Shown here: positions 45,217-54,689 of the stretch, one piece after another
Numbering within the stretch: the stretch's first letter is position 1
Layout: the number at the start of each line of letters is the position of its first letter
Origin: Candidatus Aenigmatarchaeota archaeon
GTDB taxonomy: Archaea; Aenigmatarchaeota; Aenigmatarchaeia; Aenigmatarchaeales; JACQIB01
Assembly: GCA_016198755.1 (NCBI GenBank)
Contig: JACQIB010000005.1
Coordinates: 32,001-96,000, forward strand
Length of the DNA: 64,000 bases
Direction: 5' to 3'
Translations under genes and position numbers: made by a program
The notes under the pieces: generated by a model
What the model was told of the DNA's origin: nothing
The model's input: the letters and a program-made list of their open reading frames with translations, nothing else
Databases searched by the model: none

Positions 45217-45942
45217 CTATTTGCTGTAAGTTTCCAGAGCTTCCTTTTCCTTAAAGTGGAGCTTTCCTGGCAAAATTAGAACTGCAGGGTATGGGAACCT
45301 TTTCTCCAGCAGTTCTTTTACAGGCGCGTAAACTATAGTTTGCTCTGGGGTTCCTAAAGCTGCTGCAGCAACAAATTTTTCTGCTGGCTTTGTTATTTTG
45401 GCTTTTAACAAAAACTTTAAAGCATCCACAGGGCCCATGTATAGGTTTACTTCAGAGTCTAAGTCTAAAAGCAATAGTGTATGTAAACCGAGCTTTTTGT
45501 TGCCTTCTATTGTTTCTTTCACAGCAGTTAGTTGGCCTGTAAATGGAATAGTAGCTGTGCGTCCGAACTTGTAGAGTTGGAGACCTGTTTCAGCTATTAC
45601 AGAAAAAATGCTTACAGAATGGAAAACCTTACAGGGAACAGACTGCTTTTTGCACTCAAGCAAAAGCTCCATATGGGTTGTGGCTGATAGAGGGTCTCCG
45701 ATTATCAGAACAGCAATATTTTTCTCCTTTGCTCTTTCAACTAGCAAGACAGAATCATCCTCCAAACCCTTCCTTTTAAGCAAAACAGGTTTTTTCCCCA
45801 TTGCCTTTTCTATATCAGCTGCAGAACCTTTCCAGAGGGAAGTATATTGTTCTATATACAGCTCATCAGCTGCTTTTCCAGCTTCTATTCCACCAACTGT
45901 TAAGTCTGCTGGGGAAAGGCCTATTCCAATAAGGTAGAGCAT
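45217..45942 (-). CDS. dph5: Diphthine synthase
   Basis: MLYLIGIGL, EQYTS, GDPLSATTH, GLQLYKFGRT, GLHTLLLLD, PGKLHFKEKEAL. Confidence 0.96.
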   Translation of the reverse strand: MLYLIGIGLSPADLTVGGIEAGKAADELYIEQYTSLWKGSAADIEKAMGKKPVLLKRKGLEDDSVLLVERAKEKNIAVLIIGDPLSATTHMELLLECKKQSVPCKVFHSVSIFSVIAETGLQLYKFGRTATIPFTGQLTAVKETIEGNKKLGLHTLLLLDLDSEVNLYMGPVDALKFLLKAKITKPAEKFVAAAALGTPEQTIVYAPVKELLEKRFPYPAVLILPGKLHFKEKEALETYSK

Positions 45943-45971
45943 ATGGGAAATTAGTATGTAAAGTTTATAAC

Positions 45972-46544
45972 CTATAACAGGGCCAGCACCCTTTTCCTTA
46001 AAATTGCTGGGTATGATTTCAGATAGTCATTAAGCTTTTCCCTGTCTATGCGCTTTCTGAACTCCCTTATTGTTTCCTTATCCAGATATTGGTTGAAATA
46101 GACAAAATCTATAAGTGTTTTTTCTATGTCAGAAACTGGAAAATAAAAATCCCCCTGTTTTATCATTTCAAAGCCAAACAGGTATTTTGGTTTTATCCTA
46201 TGCAGGAAAACCTTGTTTTCAAAAACCATTACTTTTCTGTGTTTAACCTTCTGGGCGGTAACTATAATTGTTACTGTTTCCTGCTCCCATAGATTATGTA
46301 TGCTAAGTGCCTCATTCAAACCTAGATAAGCTGGTCTGTAGCAAAACACAGCAAGTGTTGGATCATCTTGGAGGGAATAAAACCCTTTTTTAATTCTATT
46401 TAACTCCCCCCTCTTTATCATGTTATTTACTAGCAGATAACTATAATTTTTGTTCCTTACATCTATGTTTATGTCCCCGAGTGTGGCTACTGGAGTTTTT
46501 TTCAGAAATTCCCTTATTTGCTTTATGTATTTTATTCTGCCCAT
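45972..46544 (-). CDS. AbiEi-like antitoxin
   Basis: RIKKGFY, PAYLGL..ALSIHNLWEQ, VSDIEKTLID. Confidence 0.85.
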   Translation of the reverse strand: MGRIKYIKQIREFLKKTPVATLGDINIDVRNKNYSYLLVNNMIKRGELNRIKKGFYSLQDDPTLAVFCYRPAYLGLNEALSIHNLWEQETVTIIVTAQKVKHRKVMVFENKVFLHRIKPKYLFGFEMIKQGDFYFPVSDIEKTLIDFVYFNQYLDKETIREFRKRIDREKLNDYLKSYPAILRKRVLALL

Positions 46545-47179
46545 CTTTTAATACCCTCCAACATCTCGGACATTCTGGGAGTGACGCCAGAGAAAACCAA
46601 CTGCTCCAAGTTTTCCGGGTCCACGGGCTCTTTGAACCCCTTTATAAATTCCTTAAGGGAAGATTTCAGATTTCCGCCATTTGTAATCCTTAAAAGGAAA
46701 TATATATCATAGAGATCCCTTATTTTTCTTCTCTCCTTATAGGTTGCCAGTTTTTCTTTTAACAGCTCTTCTGGGGAGAGCATATTTATGTTGAGAAACG
46801 TCCCGTCTGAGAGCTCAAAAGGTTTTGTTACAAAGGTCTTTTTATTCTGAAAAACTGCTTCAAACCTTAGTATAATGCTGGAATAGGAAAATTTTGAGTA
46901 TATTGAACGGTGCTTTTCTCTAAATTTTATAGTTCCAAACCCCTTGTTCTCAAGGCTTTTTTGGAATTTAATTAAATCCTCAGAATTGCTTAAATCCTCA
47001 GGAAGGTAAACGTCTATATCCTCTGAAAATCTATTGCTTCCATAACATCTCCATATTGCAGTGCCTCCGTGCAGGACAGCTTTTGGAATAATTCTAAAAA
47101 GCTCAGAAACCATGATATCCTGAGCTAGAGCCAGCTCTTTTTGTCCCCGTTTTCTCAGCCTGCTCATAAGCGGCAACAT
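46532..47179 (-). CDS. AbiEii-family nucleotidyltransferase toxin
   Basis: LHGGTAIWRCYGSNRFSEDIDVY, EELLKEK, RDLYDIY. Confidence 0.9.
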   Translation of the reverse strand: MLPLMSRLRKRGQKELALAQDIMVSELFRIIPKAVLHGGTAIWRCYGSNRFSEDIDVYLPEDLSNSEDLIKFQKSLENKGFGTIKFREKHRSIYSKFSYSSIILRFEAVFQNKKTFVTKPFELSDGTFLNINMLSPEELLKEKLATYKERRKIRDLYDIYFLLRITNGGNLKSSLKEFIKGFKEPVDPENLEQLVFSGVTPRMSEMLEGIKRWAE

Positions 47180-47311
47180 ATTATATATTGTGCCATCCTT
47201 ATATATAAATATATGTTTGGCTTAATGTACTTGGTTATACAGCTTCCTTCTTTTGATTAAGAAAAGCTTATACATACCCATAGCTTACACTGAATCGTAT
47301 TAGGTGGTTAG

Positions 47312-48040
47312 ATGAGGCTGGCTTTTGATGTTATTGGGGGGAAGGAGGGGGCTGTTGCTGTTATTGAGGGGACTGATAAAACTGCAGCAAAAGAGATAAT
47401 GGAAAGGCATAAAAACGTACAGGCTGTTTTCGGGAAAGTTGGGGAGAGAAGGGGAGAATACAGACTATATAAGCTTAAACTACTGGCTGGTAAACCCAGT
47501 GAAGTTGTACACAGGGAAAGCGGGCTTTTGTTTAAGCTGGATCCTAGGAAAGTTTACTTTTCCCCGCGCGAAAGTACTGAGAGGCAGCGCTGTGCTGAGC
47601 TTGTTGGAAAAAAAGAAAATATTCTTGTATTGTTTGCAGGTGCAGGACCGCTGGCTATTGCTATTGCGAAAAAGCAGCCCTATGCAAAGGTTGTGGCTGT
47701 GGAAAAGAATCCTGCTGCTGTTAAATACGCGCAGGAAAATGTGAAACTTAACAGAACAATGAATGTTTCTGTTTTGAAAGCTGATGCTGCAAAGTTTAAG
47801 AGTAAAGAGAAATTTGACAGAATTTTCATGCCTTTGCCTGAGGGAGCAACGGGGTTTTTGCCTGTTGTCAAAAAGTTAGTTAAGCCAAAAGGCATAGTGT
47901 ATCTGTATACACTCTCGCATGAGAAAACTCTGTTTAGGGATGTTAAGGGACTGGATAGCTGGAAAATTGTTGGACAACAGAGAGTTCTTCCTTACGCACC
48001 CAGAGTTTGGAAGGTTAGGATTGATTTGAGACCAATATAA
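47312..48040 (+). CDS. Trm5/Met10-family tRNA methyltransferase
   Basis: GEYR, VYFSPRESTER, LFAGAGP, VEKNP.A, FDRIFMPLP. Confidence 0.85.
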   Translation: MRLAFDVIGGKEGAVAVIEGTDKTAAKEIMERHKNVQAVFGKVGERRGEYRLYKLKLLAGKPSEVVHRESGLLFKLDPRKVYFSPRESTERQRCAELVGKKENILVLFAGAGPLAIAIAKKQPYAKVVAVEKNPAAVKYAQENVKLNRTMNVSVLKADAAKFKSKEKFDRIFMPLPEGATGFLPVVKKLVKPKGIVYLYTLSHEKTLFRDVKGLDSWKIVGQQRVLPYAPRVWKVRIDLRPI

Positions 48041-48168
48041 TATTTTGTATTGTTTATCTTATATAATAAATAAGATTTGTAATACGAAAGATTTATTTAT
48101 ATTTAGACGGCAATGTCTATAGACAAAAATGTCTAAAGTATAAAAACTAGCTCGAACATAGAAGATTT

Positions 48169-48894
48169 ATGAAAATAGAGGCTGTTAGCGAGAAGGGGTT
48201 TATTGACATGCCAAAACTCCTCTCCCCATTTGTAAGGAAAGAGATAAATGGGCAGTATGTATGTGTTCCAAAAATAACTGAGGAATTTAAGTGGGTTTTT
48301 ACAAAGGAGTGTATGGCTACTGAAAAGCTGGATGGAACAAATGTAAGTATTGTTGTAAGAGGGGGGAAGATTATTGCTGTCTATAACAGGCTTAATCCAA
48401 TTGACCTGTTTGCAAAGGGGAATAAGAGATTTGCTGAGGGTATTTTGGAGGCTGTTGAACGAGGGTATATTGACCTGAAAAAGCTGAATGGGCAATACTT
48501 TGGGGAACTGATAGGACCACAGGTAAATGGGAACCCCTATGGTTTGGAGAAACACTTATGGATGTCGTTTGAGCAAATAAAAGAGCATTTGGGATTTAAG
48601 TTCTGGGGGGAGTTTGTGGAAGAATTAAATGGGTTAACAGATGAGGAGGTGTATAAGAAGGTAAGTGAAGTGTTTAAAGGGTTGTGGAGCCTTTATAAAA
48701 GAAAGAGGGGGGTAAAGGGGGAGGTAAACGAGTATACAAAGTTCGGGGGGCTGGCTGCTGAGGGGATTGTTTTCTACAGGAGGGGGGCGGAGATAAAGCT
48801 TGCGAAGGTGGAGAACAGGATAACTACTTTAGAGCTCTGTAAATTGAGGAGGGATATGTTTGATTGGTTTAAGGGGGAGGGGCATGCACAGTAG
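48169..48894 (+). CDS. RNA ligase (RLIG1/C12orf29-like)
   Basis: Motif I ATEKLDGTN, GELIGPQVNGNPY, EGIVFY, CKLRRD. Confidence 0.78.
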   Translation: MKIEAVSEKGFIDMPKLLSPFVRKEINGQYVCVPKITEEFKWVFTKECMATEKLDGTNVSIVVRGGKIIAVYNRLNPIDLFAKGNKRFAEGILEAVERGYIDLKKLNGQYFGELIGPQVNGNPYGLEKHLWMSFEQIKEHLGFKFWGEFVEELNGLTDEEVYKKVSEVFKGLWSLYKRKRGVKGEVNEYTKFGGLAAEGIVFYRRGAEIKLAKVENRITTLELCKLRRDMFDWFKGEGHAQ

Positions 48895-48905
48895 CTCATC
48901 TATAT

Positions 48906-49733
48906 CTATGATAAGGCTATCTTGAAAGAATAGTGCCAAACATGCGGGGCATACGGTTTTATTCTGCGGTCTGTTATTTTTGCCCTGAACCCATGAGTTT
49001 GGCAGATTTTTTCTATTTTCTTTTTTGTCTTTTCCAAATCTTTCTCATGTATTTTTTTATGGAAGTGTATTATACAGCGCCTTTTGGCCATGTTGAGAGC
49101 TGCTGGCAAAAACTGCTCTGTATTATGCAAATAGCCCATTATAATCCTGTCTGCCTTTTTTTCCAGAACTTTCGAAAAGTGCCTGCAGTCGCCCTCAAAA
49201 ACTTCAATATTTTTTATTTTGTTAAGCAGAATATTCTTTCTTAGGTATTTTACAGAAAGTGGGTTTAGTTCTATTGAATAGACTTTTGAAACTGGAGTGG
49301 TTTTTGCTATTGGAAGGGACCAGTATCCAATTCCTGCAAACATATCCAGAACAGTTTCCTTCCTCTTTATTTCCCTGCAAATAATTTCCTTTTCCCCTTT
49401 GTTCCGTTCAGAGAACATTAACAACTCTGGGGGGAAGCTGTAAAGGACATTTAGTTCAGTGTGCACTATTTCTCTCTGCTTTTTCCCTGCCAGCAGCTCT
49501 GTTTTAGGCAGCCTGTAAACTCCATGTGAACCTTTTAACATATAAACAGCTTTCACATAAGGATATATCTTCAGTATAGCTTTTCCTACCAGTTTTCTTT
49601 TCTTTAACAATATAGAATTTAGGTGCAGGAAAATTACGTTTCCCATCATAAGATAACTGTGTGGTAGGAGAGCCGTTTCTTTTTCAGAAAGCTTTGGCTT
49701 TAGAGTTTCTGAAAGAAGAGTGTAGAAGCTCAT
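48906..49733 (-). CDS. Taw2/TYW2-like (Met10 family) SAM-dependent tRNA modification enzyme
   Basis: GVYRLP, MFS..N..E, DMFAGIGYW, IELNP, GDCR, ADRIIMGY, YAPHVWH. Confidence 0.85.
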   Translation of the reverse strand: MSFYTLLSETLKPKLSEKETALLPHSYLMMGNVIFLHLNSILLKKRKLVGKAILKIYPYVKAVYMLKGSHGVYRLPKTELLAGKKQREIVHTELNVLYSFPPELLMFSERNKGEKEIICREIKRKETVLDMFAGIGYWSLPIAKTTPVSKVYSIELNPLSVKYLRKNILLNKIKNIEVFEGDCRHFSKVLEKKADRIIMGYLHNTEQFLPAALNMAKRRCIIHFHKKIHEKDLEKTKKKIEKICQTHGFRAKITDRRIKPYAPHVWHYSFKIALS

Positions 49734-49775
49734 TTCAAATCATTTGGTTGCAGAGGCTTTAAACCTTTTGTTCAA

Positions 49776-50792
49776 TTATCTGCGAGGCCTGCGTCTGGAT
49801 CTCTCTGCAGTTTCCATGTCACGATGTACAGCTTCGGCTATTCTCTCATGCATGGGTCGTTGTGTCACAACAACTGGATCTCGTTCTCTAGCTGTTGCCA
49901 AAAATAATGATGACTCAGACAAAGGTTTTTTATTTCCAGTTGGATACGCAAGTTTGTTTTCTTCGTAAGCTACAGCACGCTGGAATGCTTTTCCATTGTT
50001 CCCTAAAGTAAACAGCCAAGCTTCCGTTGGAGTAAGCTCGTTTTCGCAATATCCATTCCATATTCCATAATCAAGTAATGGCAAAATTCTTCGTAAATGT
50101 TCCTCTGGACTGTTGCCTGGGGGATCTAACTTCATTTCAGTTTCCATTTCCTTTATTTTTCCTGTCCTAAACTCCAAAGCCTGATTTTTTCCTGTCATAC
50201 TGGAATAGAGTGATGTTTTCCAATGATAGCCTCCAAAAACACCTCTCACAGGCTTCAATATAGTCCATATTTCAGAGTTGTCATCTGATTCCAGCATTCT
50301 GCCGACAGTCAGATGATGTTCCCTATCTTTATTAGCTGAATTATATGCCTGAGCATAAGGAACTCTTTTTTGAGCGGGTTTAAGTGGGTTTGGCATAACG
50401 TTCATATATATAGTCATTGATGGCTCCCTGCTTTCAACGTCTCTGTCAGAAATGCTCTTCTCATATTCTCTCAAAAGATATATTCTAACCGGGCTTCGCC
50501 TGCACGGTTTCTTCCACTTTTCTACAACAGCGAGTGGATCGGGATCTGCTGTTTTATCAGGAACTAACATGGGCATTAGAAAGCGGTCTACACCAAGAGA
50601 AGCTGCTAATTGCACAGGAACGTCAGAAGAAACATGAATATAGATATTGGTATCCGAAGGGCTTAGTACCAGACCATATGGCGGACTTACACCTAAACTT
50701 ATTCTTCTGTTATCTTGGCTGTCATATATAACATGATTTCCATTAGAATCTTTTTCCCCGATTTTTCTTACAGTTAATTCTGGCATGTCCAT
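49776..50792 (-). CDS. Hypothetical protein
   Basis: 338-aa ORF filling the gap, TATA-like element upstream. Confidence 0.6.
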   Translation of the reverse strand: MDMPELTVRKIGEKDSNGNHVIYDSQDNRRISLGVSPPYGLVLSPSDTNIYIHVSSDVPVQLAASLGVDRFLMPMLVPDKTADPDPLAVVEKWKKPCRRSPVRIYLLREYEKSISDRDVESREPSMTIYMNVMPNPLKPAQKRVPYAQAYNSANKDREHHLTVGRMLESDDNSEIWTILKPVRGVFGGYHWKTSLYSSMTGKNQALEFRTGKIKEMETEMKLDPPGNSPEEHLRRILPLLDYGIWNGYCENELTPTEAWLFTLGNNGKAFQRAVAYEENKLAYPTGNKKPLSESSLFLATARERDPVVVTQRPMHERIAEAVHRDMETAERSRRRPRR

Positions 50793-50817
50793 ACTTTTCT
50801 TACATACAAGAAGTTAT

Positions 50818-51066
50818 TTAAGCATTGGTTTTTTTGGTGCTATATTTTTTCCAGCGCGCTATCATCCTTTTTCTTTTAATCCAGTCTTTCAAAATATAGA
50901 AGTGCTCCACATATTCTTCTATAAAACTAAACAAAATAGCCAGTATTGCTATTATTGCTAAAACTTCAAAGGAGAGTTTTCCACCAGAGACAAAAACAGC
51001 TATTATATCCTCTATCAAACCAACAAAAAAGAAGAGCACAAAAAGCTCTATTTTTTTCAATTCCAT
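50818..51066 (-). CDS. Small membrane protein
   Basis: Two TM, GLIEDIIAV, basic tail. Confidence 0.6.
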   Translation of the reverse strand: MELKKIELFVLFFFVGLIEDIIAVFVSGGKLSFEVLAIIAILAILFSFIEEYVEHFYILKDWIKRKRMIARWKKYSTKKTNA

Positions 51067-51096
51067 ATGTAAATTAGGATTTGCAGCTTTAAAAGT

Positions 51097-52875
51097 TTAC
51101 TGCTTACTTTCCACAGGAACCGGGCATGCATGGTCTGCGCATTCAACGCAAACAGCTTTGTTTTCAACCTGCAAAACTTCTGCATCCCTTGAGCCAGATC
51201 TGTAAACTGTTATTCCCTTGCATCCGGTTTTCCATGCCTGAATATAGGCTGCTGCAACATCTTCTTTCGTGGCTGTAAATGAAAAATTTATTGTCTTTGA
51301 GACTGAATTATCACACCAGCGCTGGAAAGCAGACTGCATTTTCACGTGCCACTCCACAGATATTTGAGCTGAGATAACAAAAGTCTTTTTCAGTTCATCC
51401 GGAAGGTTTGCAGGACAGGAACCTGTCTTGACCATTTCTTTTAACAGTTCAGGACTCCACAAACCAGCTGCTTTTAACTTTTCTTCGAAAACAGGGTTAA
51501 CCTCATACAAAGTTTCACCATCCAGAACATTTCTTTTGAAAGCTAATGCAAATGTAGGTTCTATTCCACTGCTACAACCTGCAATAATGCTTATTGTTCC
51601 TGTGGGAGCAATTGTAGTTACAGTGCTGTTTCTGATTGATGGTCCGCCTGAGTAAATACTTGCACGGAAAGCTGGGAATGAACCGCGCTCTTCTGCCAAA
51701 ACAATAGAAGCTTTCTTTGCTTCAGTTTGTACAAACTGCATTATTTGTTCCCCAGTTAAGACGGCTGCTTCAGAGTTATAGGGAATTCCCATTTTGAAAA
51801 GTAAATCAGCAAAGCCCATTACACCCAAACCAATTTTTCGCGTAGTTTTGGTCATATCCTCTACTGATGGAAGCGGGTGTTTGCTCACACTTATTATATT
51901 GTCTAAAAAGTGAACCGCAGACCAGATTGTTTTTCTCAGTTTATCCCAGTCTACTCCATTTGAGAAATGGTTCGATATATTTATTGAACCCAAATTGCAG
52001 GACTCATACGGTAAAAGCGGGAGTTCGCCACAAGGATTAGTTGCAATCATTTGACCTAAAGCAGGTGTTGGATTGTATTTGTTTACAATATCCAAAAATA
52101 TTGCTCCCGGCTCCCCGTTTTTCCAAGCACCCTCAATAATCTCGTTAAAAAGCTCGTGCGCAGGAATTGTTTTCACAATTTTTCCATCATGCGGATCTGT
52201 CAGATCCCAGCCTTTCCCGCTTTCAACAGCCTCCATAAAAGCATCTGTTATTCCAACGGAAATATTGAAATTTGTTATTTCATTTTCCTTTTCTTTGCAG
52301 TGGATAAACTCCAAAATATCCGGATGGTCGCAGTTCATTATTCCCATATTAGCTCCCCCTCGGGCTAAACCCTGCCTCACAGCTTTCAGAGCCGCAGAGT
52401 ATATTTTAAGGAAAATAACTGGACCCGCTGCAACATCAGCAGTGTTCCTGACTGTTGCGCCTTTGTGCCTTATTTTGGAAAAGTTAAATCCTGTCCCGCC
52501 TCCGGCCTTCTGTATTTTAACTGCATCTTTCAGCGTGGAAAAAATACTGTCCATATTATCCTCTAAGGGAAGAACAAAACAAGCTGAGAGCATTCCAATA
52601 TCTGTACCAGCGTTAAGGAGAGTGGGGGAATTGGGAATAAAGTCCAAAGAACTGATAAGGTTGTAAAATTCCTGCTCCATTTTATCAATTTTAGCATTCT
52701 CGTTGTTAAGCAGATCCCCGGCTGCAATTGCCTTTGCAACTCTCCTGAACAACTCTTCAGGATTCTCCTTTGTACCGTCAGCTTTTGTGCGCAGGTATCT
52801 TTTATTCAGAACAGCCAGAGCATTCTCAGTAAGGGAAGGCATTTGTAGGGATTCTCGTGGGGGTTTATTAAGCAT
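51097..52875 (-). CDS. nrdJ: Class II (B12-dependent) ribonucleotide reductase
   Basis: PNSPTLLNAG, LSACFV, GGGTG, RGGANMG, TNPCGE, ESCNLGS, TIAPTGT, CKGITVYR; start uncertain (52875 or downstream MPSLTEN). Confidence 0.93.
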   Translation of the reverse strand: MLNKPPRESLQMPSLTENALAVLNKRYLRTKADGTKENPEELFRRVAKAIAAGDLLNNENAKIDKMEQEFYNLISSLDFIPNSPTLLNAGTDIGMLSACFVLPLEDNMDSIFSTLKDAVKIQKAGGGTGFNFSKIRHKGATVRNTADVAAGPVIFLKIYSAALKAVRQGLARGGANMGIMNCDHPDILEFIHCKEKENEITNFNISVGITDAFMEAVESGKGWDLTDPHDGKIVKTIPAHELFNEIIEGAWKNGEPGAIFLDIVNKYNPTPALGQMIATNPCGELPLLPYESCNLGSINISNHFSNGVDWDKLRKTIWSAVHFLDNIISVSKHPLPSVEDMTKTTRKIGLGVMGFADLLFKMGIPYNSEAAVLTGEQIMQFVQTEAKKASIVLAEERGSFPAFRASIYSGGPSIRNSTVTTIAPTGTISIIAGCSSGIEPTFALAFKRNVLDGETLYEVNPVFEEKLKAAGLWSPELLKEMVKTGSCPANLPDELKKTFVISAQISVEWHVKMQSAFQRWCDNSVSKTINFSFTATKEDVAAAYIQAWKTGCKGITVYRSGSRDAEVLQVENKAVCVECADHACPVPVESKQ

Positions 52876-52936
52876 TTCTGTGCTGGGAAGCAACTATGCA
52901 GGTTTCTATTTATAGGAAAAAAACACAACTTCTTTC

Positions 52937-53548
52937 ATGGAAATAACATTCAAAGGAAGGGAAATAATTTTCAACAAGGAGATGAATTTCCTGGACAAGC
53001 TGGTGGTGGAATTCTGCGGGATTTTGGAAGCTGCCGGCATAGAGTATGTTATTGTTTCGGGCTATGTTTCTATTTTATTTGGAAGGACTAGGACAACAGA
53101 AGATGTTGATATGTTTATTGAAAAGGTTTCCAAGGAGAAACTTGCGGGGGTTTTGGATGTGCTGGAAAAAAAGGGTTTTTGGGTAATAAATTCGGGTTCT
53201 GTTGATGATGCATTTGAAATTTTGAGCGATAATATAGCCATACGGATTGCTAAAGCTGAAAAAACTCTGCCGAACTTCGAAGTAAAATTTGCAAAGAAAG
53301 ACACAGATTTCTATTCCATGAAAAAAAGGCTGGCTGTAAATCTGCCTGATGGGAAAATATATATTTCACCAATAGAAATGCATATAGCATACAAGCTCTA
53401 TTTGGGAAGTGAAAAGGATATGGAAGATGCTTATCATGTCTATAAATTATTGAAAAACAATATTGATATAGGAGAGCTTAAGAGGTTGATAAATATGTTG
53501 GGGGTTGAAAAACAGGCAAGGAGGGAGCTGGCTGGTTTGTATGTTTAA
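52937..53548 (+). CDS. Pol-beta-type nucleotidyltransferase (DUF6036-like)
   Basis: YVIVSGY..ILFGRTRTTEDVD, IAYKLYLGSEKDMEDA. Confidence 0.8.
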   Translation: MEITFKGREIIFNKEMNFLDKLVVEFCGILEAAGIEYVIVSGYVSILFGRTRTTEDVDMFIEKVSKEKLAGVLDVLEKKGFWVINSGSVDDAFEILSDNIAIRIAKAEKTLPNFEVKFAKKDTDFYSMKKRLAVNLPDGKIYISPIEMHIAYKLYLGSEKDMEDAYHVYKLLKNNIDIGELKRLINMLGVEKQARRELAGLYV

Positions 53549-53699
53549 TCTCGAAGAGCTTGAAAAAGACAGGAAAATTAACAGGCTGGAGAGAAGAAAA
53601 TTCATTGATCTCTGGATTGATTTTATGGAAAAAAACCCTAATTATATATGGAGCAGGCAGCATGCAGATTTTGTGGATATGGTCTACGGGAAGAAATGA
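53541..53699 (+). CDS. Small partner protein of the nucleotidyltransferase
   Basis: MFNLEELEKDRKINRLERRKFIDLW..WSRQH; overlaps the upstream stop. Confidence 0.65.
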   Translation: MFNLEELEKDRKINRLERRKFIDLWIDFMEKNPNYIWSRQHADFVDMVYGKK

Positions 53700-53784
53700 T
53701 ATGATTAGAGAAGAACTTGAAATTTTGGAGTAATGTGAATCGGGGATTTGGAAGGTTTAAATGCGCTTTCTCCAAGTATGTTGG

Positions 53785-54276
53785 ATGCCAATAACTCCTT
53801 TCCACTGGTCTGTTCTGGCTTTAGGTTTTCTAGTCTTCAACAGCCTGTATCTGCCTGCTTTAGCAATCTCCTCTGTTATAATGGATATAGAACCTGCTTA
53901 CTATATGTTTATTTCTCCAAGAGCAGATGGACTGCTGCATGGATTTTTTCACACCTATATTGGAGTTACAATAATTGGATTGCTTGTTGGGTTTGTTCTT
54001 GTAAGGTTTAGGAAAAATGTAGATAGAATAATGGGTTTTCTAAAAATTCCTCAGCAAAGCATAAGCAACAGGCTTGTTTATGTCTCCTCATTGCTGGCAG
54101 CTTTCTCACATGTTTTTCTGGATTCTTTCATGCACTCGGATATGAAGCCTTTCTATCCGCTGCAGCAGAATCCTTTTTTGGGTTTGGTGAGTACTTTTGA
54201 TATTTACCTTTTAACAGGAATTGTGCTGCTTTCTGTTCCTGTTCTTTATTTGATTAAGGTTGTGAGAAAGGCTTAG
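53785..54276 (+). CDS. Membrane metal-dependent hydrolase (DUF4184-like)
   Basis: MPITPFH, MDIEP, LHGFFHT, SHVFLDSFMHSDMKPFYP. Confidence 0.8.
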   Translation: MPITPFHWSVLALGFLVFNSLYLPALAISSVIMDIEPAYYMFISPRADGLLHGFFHTYIGVTIIGLLVGFVLVRFRKNVDRIMGFLKIPQQSISNRLVYVSSLLAAFSHVFLDSFMHSDMKPFYPLQQNPFLGLVSTFDIYLLTGIVLLSVPVLYLIKVVRKA

Positions 54277-54362
54277 TGAAAGCTATAATAAAGGCATTAG
54301 AATAATGCTTCTGACTCTGTGTAAAACTAAGCAAATCTACAAGCACTGACTAAGGAAGAGCT

Positions 54363-54647
54363 TTACTGCAAAATTTTCATTGCAGTTGTTAATGCTCCTA
54401 TCAGGGCAGATACCAAGCCTATGGCACCGAAAATTGCAGAGCCAACTGAAAGGCTTGCTGCATAACCTGCCACAGAACTGAATCCACCTAATGCCTCGAA
54501 TGCTGCAGCAAGCAGGAAGAAAACCCCACCTACAGCAATCCAGGCAAATCCTTTCTCAGCTCTTGCCCTAACCTTTGCAAATTCTGCCAGAGCTGGCGCC
54601 AAAATCAGCGAAATGCTGAATGCCACCAGCGAAAACTCTAGGGCCAT
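54363..54647 (-). CDS. Small membrane protein
   Basis: Three hydrophobic helices. Confidence 0.65.
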   Translation of the reverse strand: MALEFSLVAFSISLILAPALAEFAKVRARAEKGFAWIAVGGVFFLLAAAFEALGGFSSVAGYAASLSVGSAIFGAIGLVSALIGALTTAMKILQ

Positions 54648-54689
54648 GCTTTTCTATATGGGAGAACCAGTTAATAAGCGTTTCTTTGC

